From: Candidatus Poribacteria bacterium
Lineage (GTDB): Bacteria; Poribacteria; WGA-4E; PCPOR2b
Direction of reading: 5' to 3'
NCBI GenBank assembly: GCA_022822005.1
Contig: JAJECO010000023.1
Span: forward strand, 29,904-93,903
DNA length: 64,000 nt
Below the pieces are notes generated by a model. It made no database searches, was not told where the DNA came from, and saw nothing but the letters and a program-made list of their open reading frames with translations. Every line of letters begins with the position of its first letter. The first letter of the stretch is position 1. The translations under genes were made by a program, and so were the position numbers. Positions 36,107-46,767 of the stretch are shown one piece after another.

Positions 36107-38824
36107 TTATATTTTAGGTTTGGCGCGTTTCTCCAAGATGAGTTGCGTACGATCCTCTCGTACCAACATATCGAAGAAATGTTTCGCTGCGAGATAATCT
36201 TCGGGTGGTATAATTGCCTCCTTGATAGTGAAGCTAATTTCGTACTGAATCTGATCTCCCTCCAGTTTGTACTGGCGTTCCACACCGGCAAACCGACTTT
36301 CTAAACGAAGATCTTTCGGGAAGGTTGCCTTCCACCCCTCCGGCAGAGTAATCCGGATTGTTTTTTTCATCTGCATCGGGTAGCTCAGATCAAGCGGGTG
36401 TTGACGTTCAACCGCCGCAAAAATCTCTGCATAATCCGAAAACTCATCGCTCGGCATCGGAAACACCAAACCGTTGCCAACTAACTCGACATAATTCTCA
36501 GCAGTAAAAGCAACGTTGAGTCGCACCGGAACGTTGAGATCCGCCAGATCAGATATCTGTACCGAATCAACCCGGACGCCGGGAAATTGCTTACTAAGCC
36601 CAACGGCAAGGGTATCTTTCCATGCGCTCGGCGATACCGGTTTATATTCTAACCGCGCCTCAATATTGTACTGCCCAAGTGTGTCAATCTGCATACTCCC
36701 TTGAACCGTCCCGTCTTCTGCCAATGTGACCACTGTGTCAACGATCAATCGATTAGATTCAGGTGTAGAGACGGGAATATCAACAAATTCACCTCGATCG
36801 TCTCGGATAACAAACCCTTTTCGCCCTCGATTCCGTGCGGGAAGATCGCCATAGCTACAGGTATCGGCCGTCGGATCGAGCCAAATATAGTCGCCATCAG
36901 CGCGGGGGATCGCAGCAATCAGATGGCTAAACTGTCCGAGCGAGGGAAGTTCCAAATCAACGCGCTGATACGGCGCGGGACTCAGCATGGCTGGAAACGC
37001 CTCAATACCAACGACATCAAGCATCGTAATCATCAATGTAGTTTTGTCCTTGCAATCACCGTATCGGACACTGAGTACCTCATCCGCCGGCGTGGGTTGA
37101 AATGCCCCCTGCCCCAACTCGATTCCCACATAACGAATCTGCGATGCCACAAAGTGGTATATCGCCCGAATCTTGTCATCCGTTGTGAGAAGATCCGCGG
37201 TAATGTCCTCGACCGTTTTCTCAATCGCTTGGTCAACCGTGTATCGGTCTTTTGCAATGTCTCTGTACCAACTATAAACGGCGTCCCAAGATTCTACAGA
37301 CGAGTAACTCAAGCGTGGTACAATATCGTTGGTCGCCGGCATATTGTACTCCCTCTTAAGCGCGGGTGTTTCGCCATGGGTCCAGAGATACGTGCTGGTC
37401 TCCTCTTCTTGTAATATCTGGGGATCGAGCCGGCAATGGATCGCTTTCCACCTGAAGTTCGTCCCTTTGGGGACATGCAACGCATATGCAGATTGCAAGA
37501 TCGGATCTGTGGATTGAAAGCTAAAACCGCCCCAAAACCATGAGGTGCTCCCGACCGACTCCGCCCCCGCATCCTCAAGCGTGACCTGATACTCAATACA
37601 CACCCCCGGCTTGAGGGCAGGCATTGAGATGACTCGCCACATCGAATCAGAATAAAGGTTGTAGGAGAGCAATCCCGGCGGGGTGACATCATTGAACGCC
37701 TCCTCCGGTGGTTCAACAACAGCACCATCGGGGGTGATAGTTCGTGCAACGTTGACCGTGATATGTTGTGCAGTAGGCGTATGCGGAATCGCGATGTCAT
37801 CGTAGTTTTGCGCCCCCCGCTCCGTTAAAATCTTGACCACCTGATGTGTGGTGTAACGGGATTTCCCTGCTGGAGTAACTTCGTGACTAAACTGGTTGAG
37901 TAGGATGATCGCGTCAGCGTGGGGATAATCAACTCTATTAGGCGCAGCGGCGATGATTTCCTGGATGTCGATGTCAATTAAATCTACAGGCGCGAGGTCA
38001 ACGACCATCGGTCCAGATCGATCTAACTGTGCAAGTGCCTGGAGGCGTGTTGGGGCGAGGAGATTCTGGGGATCTATCTCCAGAATTTTATGGTACTGAA
38101 GCTGCGCTTCGTAGTAACGTCCATGATCCTCGTAGAGAGAAGCAAGGCTTTGATGTGCCCATACGTCCGTCGGGAAAAGCCGGATAGACTCTCTAAACTC
38201 GGCGATAGCTTCCCCGATGTCGCCTTTTTCCCAGTAAATCAAGCCGAGATAGTTATGCAGATTCCTGCTATCAGGTCGTGCAGCCTTTGGATCAACCTCT
38301 ATTGCCTTTCGCAAAGTCCGTTCAGCGTCGTCGAGTCGACCGAGCTGCTTGTAAGTCAAACCGAGATGGTTAAGAGCGTATAGGTTCTGTGGATCAACCT
38401 CCAAAGTATCCTCGTAAACCTGTGACGCAGCATTATAGTTGTTCAATTGCTCATAGATGTAGCCCAAAGAATTCCGTGCATCCATATTTTTGGGATCGAG
38501 CGTTACTGTCGCGACAAAGGCATCTCTCGCTTTTTCATATTCCTCCTGTTGGAAGAGGAGCTTCGCAATCTGGAATTGGATCTGGCTTGCATTCGGCTTA
38601 ATTACCATCGCAGCCCGATACGCTTCAAGCGCATCTTTCAAGTCTCCATCTTGAAGCGCCAAATTTCCAGCCTCGACCTGTTCGCGCCACGCTCTATTTC
38701 GTTCGATCAGTGGATCGACGATTACCTTTTCGGCGGGCTGACTTCGATGGAAGAATGAACAACCACTCAGCAGCAACAGAATAGCGATCAACGAAGCACT
38801 TGCCTTAAAATGTCGAATTGTCAC
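36107..38824 (-). CDS. TPR-repeat lipoprotein with DUF3857 and a transglutaminase-like cysteine-protease domain
   Basis: LLSGC lipobox, about 8 TPRs, YGDCKDKTTLMITML transglutaminase core. GTG start with an AAGGAGA RBS. Confidence 0.7.
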   Translation of the reverse strand: MTIRHFKASASLIAILLLLSGCSFFHRSQPAEKVIVDPLIERNRAWREQVEAGNLALQDGDLKDALEAYRAAMVIKPNASQIQFQIAKLLFQQEEYEKARDAFVATVTLDPKNMDARNSLGYIYEQLNNYNAASQVYEDTLEVDPQNLYALNHLGLTYKQLGRLDDAERTLRKAIEVDPKAARPDSRNLHNYLGLIYWEKGDIGEAIAEFRESIRLFPTDVWAHQSLASLYEDHGRYYEAQLQYHKILEIDPQNLLAPTRLQALAQLDRSGPMVVDLAPVDLIDIDIQEIIAAAPNRVDYPHADAIILLNQFSHEVTPAGKSRYTTHQVVKILTERGAQNYDDIAIPHTPTAQHITVNVARTITPDGAVVEPPEEAFNDVTPPGLLSYNLYSDSMWRVISMPALKPGVCIEYQVTLEDAGAESVGSTSWFWGGFSFQSTDPILQSAYALHVPKGTNFRWKAIHCRLDPQILQEEETSTYLWTHGETPALKREYNMPATNDIVPRLSYSSVESWDAVYSWYRDIAKDRYTVDQAIEKTVEDITADLLTTDDKIRAIYHFVASQIRYVGIELGQGAFQPTPADEVLSVRYGDCKDKTTLMITMLDVVGIEAFPAMLSPAPYQRVDLELPSLGQFSHLIAAIPRADGDYIWLDPTADTCSYGDLPARNRGRKGFVIRDDRGEFVDIPVSTPESNRLIVDTVVTLAEDGTVQGSMQIDTLGQYNIEARLEYKPVSPSAWKDTLAVGLSKQFPGVRVDSVQISDLADLNVPVRLNVAFTAENYVELVGNGLVFPMPSDEFSDYAEIFAAVERQHPLDLSYPMQMKKTIRITLPEGWKATFPKDLRLESRFAGVERQYKLEGDQIQYEISFTIKEAIIPPEDYLAAKHFFDMLVREDRTQLILEKRAKPKI

Positions 38825-39193
38825 GATTATTCTCCTTACGTTTCACGCATCACGTTTCACTTCAAGATGTAACTGGCTTTTCAACGCATCAATATCAGCA
38901 GTTTCGTCGGGTTCGAGCCAGCGAGAAATCCATTGCACCGTTATCCTCCATGTTCGCGTAATTCAGAAATTAGCACCTTGCCCTATATGAGTTCACCCAT
39001 AAGTCTATCAAAAAGTTGCCTCAACATCAACGATATTCATGTAAGTGCACTAGGGTCATTTAGTTTTACTGTAGGAGGGATCTCCGAATCCCGACATCTC
39101 ACTGTAGGCGTGATCTCCCGGTTGTACCTTTTCAAACAAAATGGTTGAAAAGCCGAAAACTGAATAGCCCTAATGTAAGTGCACCGTTGCTTC

Positions 39194-39222
39194 TTGAGGC
39201 GGTCGCGGCGTTTTGGTATAAT
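39194..39222 (+). promoter_or_regulatory. sigma70-like promoter TTGAGG-17-TATAAT, with upstream motifs at 39068-39171
   Basis: Seen in sequence. Confidence 0.4.
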
Positions 39223-39273
39223 GATAGACAGCACTTTGAAGTGACGAATCGAGCGAAAAGGACGGAAGGACGA

Positions 39274-40287
39274 ATGAACGAATCGCGTTATGTTGTTGAT
39301 CGGACTGAGGTCGGTGGTATTGAGACTTATATCTTACGCGATAATACCACCAAAGCGGAGGCGCGGATCGCGACGAGCCTGGGAAATAACTGTTACTGCT
39401 TGGGTATCCCCGTCAATGGTGAATGGATAGACCTAATAGACCCACCACCCGATTTGGAAACGCTAAAAAACGAACCAACAAGGTACGGCAACCCAATTCT
39501 GTTCCCGTTTCCGAACAGAATCCGCGGTGGAAAATTCAGCTTTGAAGGAAAGGAATACACCTTCGACAAAGCACCGGGGACCCCCAACTCCATCCACGGA
39601 CTCTTATTGAACCAACCCTATCAGGTTAAAAGTATTGATACAGCGGACAGCGCTTCAATCGCCTGCCGCCTAAATTCGCGGGAATTTCCAGAGATTATGC
39701 GTCAGTATCCACTACCGTTTGAGATTCGAATCACGCATACGCTCAAAGCAACCACCCTGACGCTGGATATCAATATCAGGAACACCGGCGATAGCAACAT
39801 GCCCATGGGATTTGGCAGCCACCCCTATTTTCGTGTGCCGTTATCATCAAAATCTACGGCTGAACGATGCCTAATTACCGTACCAGCTTCAAAGCGTTGG
39901 GAATTGGAGGAACTTCTGCCGACAGGTGAGATCTCCAATTTGGAAGAAGATGCGGACTTCCGATCCGGGAAGCCGCTTGCGGGGAAACAGTTCGACGATG
40001 TCTTGACCGGTGTCATCCTGTCAGACGACGTGAGTCGCTGCGTCATTGATGACCAAGACGCAAAAGTCCGTATGACCTTAGAATCCGATGCACAGTTTCG
40101 AGAGCTGGTCGTCTATACCCCGCCGGGTCGCCCATCAATCTGTTTTGAACCGTACACCTGCCCAACAGATGCAATTAACCTCCAAGCAAGGGATATTGAT
40201 GCCGGCATCATCGTCCTTGAGCCGGGGGCAGTGTTTTCCGGTACAATCCGAATTATCGCAGAAGGAACGGAGCTTGAGGTTCGCTAA
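39274..40287 (+). CDS. aldose 1-epimerase (mutarotase-like) family protein
   Basis: NPILFPFPNRI..G.F and H-containing mutarotase blocks. Confidence 0.6.
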   Translation: MNESRYVVDRTEVGGIETYILRDNTTKAEARIATSLGNNCYCLGIPVNGEWIDLIDPPPDLETLKNEPTRYGNPILFPFPNRIRGGKFSFEGKEYTFDKAPGTPNSIHGLLLNQPYQVKSIDTADSASIACRLNSREFPEIMRQYPLPFEIRITHTLKATTLTLDINIRNTGDSNMPMGFGSHPYFRVPLSSKSTAERCLITVPASKRWELEELLPTGEISNLEEDADFRSGKPLAGKQFDDVLTGVILSDDVSRCVIDDQDAKVRMTLESDAQFRELVVYTPPGRPSICFEPYTCPTDAINLQARDIDAGIIVLEPGAVFSGTIRIIAEGTELEVR

Positions 40288-40586
40288 GTATATAAGTTTG
40301 CTCATTTCCAATGATTAAACCTAAAAATCAACTCTTAGGTAACGTTTTTCGTTTAAGATTATAACTACACGACTACTCATTAATGCAACATAATTGGTAT
40401 TTGAAACCGAGTTTTTCTGAAAAACTCGCTCTCCCCGTATGATGTCGCAATACGATCCAAGTTATTTTTGCGGGAGCTAAACTAATAGTTTAACTCTAAC
40501 GAATTTAGATTTGTACGCTACTCGCCTGCGCCTGTATCCTTTAGACATAGAATCCATTTTCAATAAATAGCAACAGGGATTATTCT

Positions 40587-40958
40587 ATGCTCTTTGGCGA
40601 TAGCGATGCAATGAGAACCATTCAGAGGACGATTCACCAACTCCGCAACAACGATACCACCTCGGTTTTAATTACCGGGGAAACCGGTGTCGGGAAGGAA
40701 TGGGAGTTCTCACATAAAGTGATAGGTGGTGGCCATGTCCATGACGCGACAGAGGGTAATGCAGGGTCTCCTATAACAATTCCGAGTGGTGGGTCTCGCT
40801 CATATGGCAAATTGATACGGACAGGCGTGGAGCACTTACCGGAGGATGAGCAGTATATCATAAAAGCGTATACTGCAGTTCGGATAAACCCTCCACAAGG
40901 AGCGCAGCTTTTCGCCGAAGGTGAGGATGACGGCGAAGAGTTTTCCTTTTGGCGATAA
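40587..40958 (+). pseudogene. remnant of the AAA+ domain of a sigma54-dependent activator
   Basis: AMRTI...SVLITGETGVGKE matches the start of the sigma54-interaction domain and then diverges. No upstream receiver domain and no downstream HTH. Confidence 0.3.
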
Positions 40959-41094
40959 AGTGTAATTCATACACAACACCGGCTGAACGCTGATGTGGGA
41001 CGTGACTGTCCCTATGCTTGTTTTAATCAGCCAAATAAACCTCAAGGGGAGTGAATTCAGCTCCCCTTGAGTGATCACAAAAAGGAGGTTTCTG

Positions 41095-42063
41095 ATGCGC
41101 CTCTCATCAATGGTTTTCATCGCGCTTCCCACCCTCAGCCTAATGTTTATTTCCCTTGCTAGTGGAAAGATTGTTTTTCAATCGAGCTACCACGGTAATC
41201 CAGATATTTATACCATGAGCAGCTACGGTCACAACCTGCGGCGGTTGACATTCAAGCTTGGTCCAGAGACCGCGCCCGCTTGGTCTCCAAACGGCCGTCT
41301 GATTGCATTCAGACGAGTACATAGTATGGAAGATTTGGAGATCTATGTGATGAACGCGGACGGGAGCAATCAGCGGAATGTGACCAATCATCCCGCTTTG
41401 GATAGCAGCCCAAGTTGGTCGCCAGATGGTAGGATTGGATTTACAAGCAGTCGTGATGGGGCATGGAACATCTATGTTATGGATGCGGATGGGGGCAACG
41501 TCACACCGCTAACCCATCATAAAAAGGGGGAAGGGTTTGCCGCTTCAACGAATTGGTCGCCAGATGGGGAAGAAATTGCTTTTGAACAAGTCAAAGATGA
41601 CCACGGTAGAGAAGTCTATATCATGAAAGTAGCGAACGGAGCACAGCGGCGATTGACCGACTCTGAGCCTGGGTTCGTTAATTTTGATCCTAAGTGGTCG
41701 CCAGATGGGAAACGAATTCTGTATTATGTTGCTATAAACGCCCGGGTAGATGATGCCCATCTGATGATAATCGATAAAGATGGGAAACATCCTGAAAAAG
41801 TTCCGTTGCCGGAGTGGGATCTGAATTCAGGTCATAGTTGGTCTCCCTCTGGGAGGGAGATTCTCTTTTCAGGTCGTGAAGAAGGTGGGAACTGGGAAAT
41901 CTATCGGTTTCACCTCAAGACACATGAATTGACTAACCTGACGAACCGTCTCGGCGCAGATAGCGGTGCTGACTGGTGGAATAGCAATCTGCCCGTCGAA
42001 CCGAAGAATTTGCATATCACACGCTGGGGAAATGTCAAATCAGAGGAGCGGTTTGACAAGTAA
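41095..42063 (+). CDS. TolB-like WD40/PD40 beta-propeller protein with signal peptide
   Basis: Repeated WSPDG..I.F blocks. AAGGAGG RBS. Confidence 0.7.
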   Translation: MRLSSMVFIALPTLSLMFISLASGKIVFQSSYHGNPDIYTMSSYGHNLRRLTFKLGPETAPAWSPNGRLIAFRRVHSMEDLEIYVMNADGSNQRNVTNHPALDSSPSWSPDGRIGFTSSRDGAWNIYVMDADGGNVTPLTHHKKGEGFAASTNWSPDGEEIAFEQVKDDHGREVYIMKVANGAQRRLTDSEPGFVNFDPKWSPDGKRILYYVAINARVDDAHLMIIDKDGKHPEKVPLPEWDLNSGHSWSPSGREILFSGREEGGNWEIYRFHLKTHELTNLTNRLGADSGADWWNSNLPVEPKNLHITRWGNVKSEERFDK

Positions 42064-42136
42064 GAAAGAGCAATCGGTAATTGCGGTATCACGCCCTTTT
42101 TCACAGGTATGATACCGCTTTTTTGTGCTCATAAAT

Positions 42137-43321
42137 CTATTTCTTCACAAACTGCTTCCCCGGCAACTGCTGAACAACCCCTTTCAACTCAAGCATGACC
42201 AGTAACGAAGAAACCTTTCCAATCGGCAGCTGCGTCACCCGCGTAATCTCATCAATATGGACGCTATCGGCCTCCATTGCCGATAGCACAGTCTGTTCAT
42301 CGGGAGTTAGATTGAGGTTTGCCTTCGGTTGAGAGGTGGGGGTCAATCTTTTTTCGATCGGTTGAGGACGGACGACCTTGGCAGGTCGTTTTAAGGAAGG
42401 TGGTTGACGGGTTGATTCGGAGGATTCCCCTCCCAAGGTCTGCGCGTAGTCCGGCAACGCATCAAGCAGGTCATCAACGCTGTTAATCAACGTCGCCCCT
42501 TGATTGATAAGGGAATGGGTGCCTCGTGACACATTGGAAAAGATTTGCCCCGGTATTGCAAACACCTCGCGTCCCTGTTCAGCAGCATGGCGCGCGGTAA
42601 TGAGCGAACCGCTTCGCTCAGACGCCTCAACAACAAGCGTGCCTGATGCCAAGCCACTAATCACCCGATTGCGGCGGGGAAAGTTTGTTCCACGGGGCGG
42701 CATCGTCATCGGAAATTCAGAAATCAACGCTCCAGATTTGATAATATCTTCTGCAAGCGCACGATTCGTTTCCGGATAGATAATACTCAACCCACAGCCG
42801 AACACAGCAATCGTATCACCACCGGCTTCAAGAGCTCCACGATGCACACAGGTATCAATGCCGCGAGCAAACCCGCTCACGACAGTTACACCACGCGCAG
42901 CGAGTTGATGGCTCAACTGCTGGCTGGTCGTTTTGCCATATTCGGTCGGGCTACGCGATCCAACAATTGCGATGCTTAATGTATCAGGTAGGGGAAATTT
43001 GCCGATGACATAAAGCAATGCGGGCGGGTCATCAATCTGCTTAAGGAGCGGTGGGTAAGCGTCATCGCTGATAGTTACGATGTGGCATTGGTGCTGCTGA
43101 ATCAGCTCAAGTTCCTGCGCGAGGGGAGCACGTGATCTGCCATCAATCAACTGTTCCCGAATATCGGGAGTCAGCCCATCGACTTGGGCTAACTCCTCCG
43201 ATGTCGCAGCAACCGATCTCTCCGCTGATCCAAAAGCCGCTAACAGGCGTCGGATGGTATAATTCCCGATACCCGGAATAAGATTGAGGTGAATCAGATT
43301 TTTCGTCTCAGCGGCTAACAT
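42137..43321 (-). CDS. dprA: DNA-processing protein DprA (Smf)
   Basis: Rossmann-like G.A.GID...H..AL and C-terminal wH domain. Confidence 0.8.
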   Translation of the reverse strand: MLAAETKNLIHLNLIPGIGNYTIRRLLAAFGSAERSVAATSEELAQVDGLTPDIREQLIDGRSRAPLAQELELIQQHQCHIVTISDDAYPPLLKQIDDPPALLYVIGKFPLPDTLSIAIVGSRSPTEYGKTTSQQLSHQLAARGVTVVSGFARGIDTCVHRGALEAGGDTIAVFGCGLSIIYPETNRALAEDIIKSGALISEFPMTMPPRGTNFPRRNRVISGLASGTLVVEASERSGSLITARHAAEQGREVFAIPGQIFSNVSRGTHSLINQGATLINSVDDLLDALPDYAQTLGGESSESTRQPPSLKRPAKVVRPQPIEKRLTPTSQPKANLNLTPDEQTVLSAMEADSVHIDEITRVTQLPIGKVSSLLVMLELKGVVQQLPGKQFVKK

Positions 43322-43333
43322 AACCTGTGAATC

Positions 43334-43939
43334 TCACTGACTTGCTGCCGGTTCCGCGCCCATTGCTGTTTCTTCGGGCGGTAAGGCATAGTACACCTGA
43401 ATATCACGAATCGGCTTAAAAATGTCAACCTCTGCGCCGCCTTCGCCTCTCGTTCTACGTTTCTGACCACCCACACGTCGGGATTCCCACTTCTTAGGAA
43501 CCTTCAAACGCAAGGCTTGAGTATGGATCGGTTCCGGCAGCTGAAGTTTGTATTGATCTTGAAAGTGATTCTTGACACTTCTAATCGTTTTCCACTTTCC
43601 AGACTCATCTGTAACTTGGACTTCAAAGAATTCAAGTTTCCCTTTATCTGCTACCACAATAATGCGCTGAACGGGCTGCGGTTTTGCCCATTTAAGCGTC
43701 GCCTGCGTGAAGTTCTCTTCTTCTTCTTGATCTGCCTTGGTAAGCATCGTTTGTTTCTCAATAATGAGCCTCGACGTTTCCCCAACGGAGAACGCATTGT
43801 CATCATTCAACTTTGGATCCTGACAATCCGCAAACGGGGCAATGTTCCTACTCCACTGAATCGGAGGCCCACTTGGACCCAAACACCCCAGCGTGGAAAC
43901 CAACCCCATTATTAAAAAAGTTATTGCTATAAAACGCAT
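43334..43939 (-). CDS. secreted lipoprotein, discoidin (F5/8 type C)-like
   Basis: LGCLG lipobox. Paralogue of 44023-44637. Confidence 0.4.
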   Translation of the reverse strand: MRFIAITFLIMGLVSTLGCLGPSGPPIQWSRNIAPFADCQDPKLNDDNAFSVGETSRLIIEKQTMLTKADQEEEENFTQATLKWAKPQPVQRIIVVADKGKLEFFEVQVTDESGKWKTIRSVKNHFQDQYKLQLPEPIHTQALRLKVPKKWESRRVGGQKRRTRGEGGAEVDIFKPIRDIQVYYALPPEETAMGAEPAASQ

Positions 43940-44022
43940 ATCTTGCCTCCTTTATTTTAAGTGAATAAAAAGTAGAACGTGAAGCGTGATAATCCACAGA
44001 TCACGTCTTACCCCTATGTATC

Positions 44023-44637
44023 CTACTTCAACAGTTGATCCAGCTCTGCGTCGCTCTGATCCTCCGACTCCTCTGCTTCCGCTGCGTCCGCTAATGTCAC
44101 CGACTGATAGCCATATAACTCAATTTCGTAGATCTTGGCTGCCGCACGACGATTTCCGCTTGCCCAAAAGTTCCGTCTCCGTTGACCTCGACGAAGTGCC
44201 GCATCGTCTGTAGTACCTAACACACGGATGCGGATCTTGTCAGTTGGAAATGGTGCATTCACAGACAAGTCAATCGGATTCACCGCAACATTGTTAACCT
44301 CTTTGATGATTTCCCAATCCTCGCTCCCCTTATCCGCATATACGGTGAATTTCTTCAAATTGTCTGAGTGAATTACAACTCGGCGAATCACCTTCCTATC
44401 CGGGAGCAGGACGACTGCCTGTGATGTTGGCGCGGGACCGAAGGTGTCCTGCGTACCTTCACGAAACGCTGTTTCCCCAAATGTTCTGATGTTTCCATCA
44501 ATCATCTTTGCATTCGTCGCCCGTACCCCTGTCATTGAGGCATAATTTTCGCTCCACTCCTGTTTGGCAACTATTCCACAACCGAGCAAAAATAGAAAAC
44601 AAAGACAGATGGACAATAGTCCTAAATAACGATCCAT
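44023..44637 (-). CDS. secreted lipoprotein, discoidin (F5/8 type C)-like, with an acidic C-terminal tail
   Basis: LLGCG lipobox. MIDGN..T.GET... and YEIELYGY blocks. Confidence 0.45.
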   Translation of the reverse strand: MDRYLGLLSICLCFLFLLGCGIVAKQEWSENYASMTGVRATNAKMIDGNIRTFGETAFREGTQDTFGPAPTSQAVVLLPDRKVIRRVVIHSDNLKKFTVYADKGSEDWEIIKEVNNVAVNPIDLSVNAPFPTDKIRIRVLGTTDDAALRRGQRRRNFWASGNRRAAAKIYEIELYGYQSVTLADAAEAEESEDQSDAELDQLLK

Positions 44638-44748
44638 CGCTATACCCCCGAAAAAACAGTGCGTAATACTTAATGCGTAAGGTGTTCACATAGCCTAACT
44701 TGATGAGATTCCGATAAATCAATACTTGTTTTTTCTCACTCTCAGTTT

Positions 44749-46212
44749 TTACCCTTTCGCCCCTTTGAGAATCCGCCAAGTTGTTCCGCCCCGACTATCC
44801 TGGAGTTCAATGTTGAGCTGCTCTAACTGATCGCGTATTTTATCCGCTGTATCCCAATCCTTGCGTTCCCTCGCATCCTCACGAACCTCCAGAATAAGAT
44901 TCATCAGTTCCTCTGTCAAAGCTGCATGTGCATCACTGGCAACTTCTTCCTCAGTGTATATGCCAAGTACACTGCAAACCTCAACCAAACTCCGATACGC
45001 TTGACTTAGGACACTTCTCCTCTCCTCCGAAGCAGTATTGTCGGTTGCCGCAAGAAACTGATTCACTTCGCCCACGAACTTGAAAATCGTTCCCAACGCC
45101 CCAGCGGTATTAAAATCTTCATCCATCGTAGCTTCAAAGTCGTCGCGCATCGTGTTGATAGATTCGAGCAAACGTACCGCTTCGGCGTCGTTTAACCCTT
45201 CAAGCGCATCCCCAGCCACGTCTCGGTACGGTCCGAGGGCATCAATACAGTTATTCAACCGTCGAACAGCGCTGCTCGATTCTTTCAGGCTTGTTGGATT
45301 ATAATCCAATGGATGGCGATACTGCGCGGAAATCAGAAAATGACGAATCGCTTCAGGCGCGTATTGCTGCACGGCATCGTGGACAAAGATGAAATTGCTC
45401 TCTGATTTACCCATCCGTCGTCCATCAATCTGCAAGAATGCCACATGCATCCAATATCGGACAAAGGCTTTTCCGGTCGCTACTTCGCTCTGGGCAATCT
45501 CATTTTCATGATGTGGAAATATGAGATCATGTCCGCCAGTGTGAATATCAATCGTTTCATCGAGGTGTTTCATCGCCATGGCAGAACATTCGATATGCCA
45601 ACCCGGTCTGCCCTTGCTCCAAGGACTATCCCACCACGGTTCCCCCGCTTTAGACTTTTTCCATAGATCGAAATCCCGCGGATCTTCCTTGCGCTCATCA
45701 ACCTCAACACGAGCGCCAGCAAGCAAATCCTCCGGTTTACGATGGGAGAGCTTTCCGTATTCGGCAAAGTGGTTGACGCGATAATATACGTCTCCATCAA
45801 TCTCATAAGCTGCCTGCTTGTCAATCAACGTCTGAATCAGGGAAATTATCTCCGAAATATGCTCAGTCGCTCTCGGATGAACGTCCGCTGAACGGATGCC
45901 CAGTTTACTTGAGTCCTCAAAATAGGCATCCACATATTTCTGAGCTAATTGACAACAATCAATCCCTTGCTCATTTGCACGATTGATAATCTTATCATCA
46001 ATATCCGTCAGATTTTGAACCAACGTGACGGTGTAATTCTTATATTCGAGATAGCGACGAACAATGTCAGAAACCAAAAACGTGCGAGCGTTACCGATGT
46101 GAAAGTAATCGTAGACAGTGGGCCCGCAACTGTACATAAGGACTTTTCCCTCATGTAACGGCACAAATTCTTCCAACTGCCTTGTGAGGGAATTATAAAT
46201 CTTTAATGCCAT
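44749..46212 (-). CDS. cysS: cysteine--tRNA ligase
   Basis: HIGNARTF (HIGH) and RMGKS (KMSKS) motifs, with zinc-binding Cys residues. Confidence 0.9.
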   Translation of the reverse strand: MALKIYNSLTRQLEEFVPLHEGKVLMYSCGPTVYDYFHIGNARTFLVSDIVRRYLEYKNYTVTLVQNLTDIDDKIINRANEQGIDCCQLAQKYVDAYFEDSSKLGIRSADVHPRATEHISEIISLIQTLIDKQAAYEIDGDVYYRVNHFAEYGKLSHRKPEDLLAGARVEVDERKEDPRDFDLWKKSKAGEPWWDSPWSKGRPGWHIECSAMAMKHLDETIDIHTGGHDLIFPHHENEIAQSEVATGKAFVRYWMHVAFLQIDGRRMGKSESNFIFVHDAVQQYAPEAIRHFLISAQYRHPLDYNPTSLKESSSAVRRLNNCIDALGPYRDVAGDALEGLNDAEAVRLLESINTMRDDFEATMDEDFNTAGALGTIFKFVGEVNQFLAATDNTASEERRSVLSQAYRSLVEVCSVLGIYTEEEVASDAHAALTEELMNLILEVREDARERKDWDTADKIRDQLEQLNIELQDSRGGTTWRILKGAKG

Positions 46213-46252
46213 CAGTTCTCTTTCTTATTTAGGACAGAGGTATTACTAACAT

Positions 46253-46726
46253 CTATCTTAATTCGGTGAGGCAGACAATAGCTTCAGCAGCAGCAGCTCT
46301 TCCTTCGCCAATGAAACCAAGTCCTTCCGACGTTGTCGCTTTGACATTAACCCGATTCCTTGAAATACCCAATGTCTCAGCAAGACACTGACGCATTGAA
46401 GGGATATGAGGTGCCAGCTTTGGCCGTTCCATAATCACCGTGCTGTCCACATTCTGAATTGTATAATCCGAAGAAATTAACGTCTTTACCTTACCGAGCA
46501 AGATTAGGCTATCAATCCCAGCATACGCCGCATCCGTATCGGGAAAATGTTGACCTATGTCACCTAGACCTGCTGCCCCAAGTATTGCATCGCAAATGGC
46601 ATGGGTTAGCACATCTGCATCAGAATGTCCAATCAAACCCAACTCGTATGGGATTGTTACCCCGCCGAGTATCAATTTATGATTTTCTCCCAATCGGTGA
46701 ACATCGTAACCAATTCCTACACGCAT
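46253..46726 (-). CDS. ispF: 2-C-methyl-D-erythritol 2,4-cyclodiphosphate synthase
   Basis: GIGYDVHRL and GHSDADVL motifs. Confidence 0.9.
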   Translation of the reverse strand: MRVGIGYDVHRLGENHKLILGGVTIPYELGLIGHSDADVLTHAICDAILGAAGLGDIGQHFPDTDAAYAGIDSLILLGKVKTLISSDYTIQNVDSTVIMERPKLAPHIPSMRQCLAETLGISRNRVNVKATTSEGLGFIGEGRAAAAEAIVCLTELR

Positions 46727-46767
46727 GGTAGTTTATAGACCTATAAGTGCCTATGATCTCCGACGCT

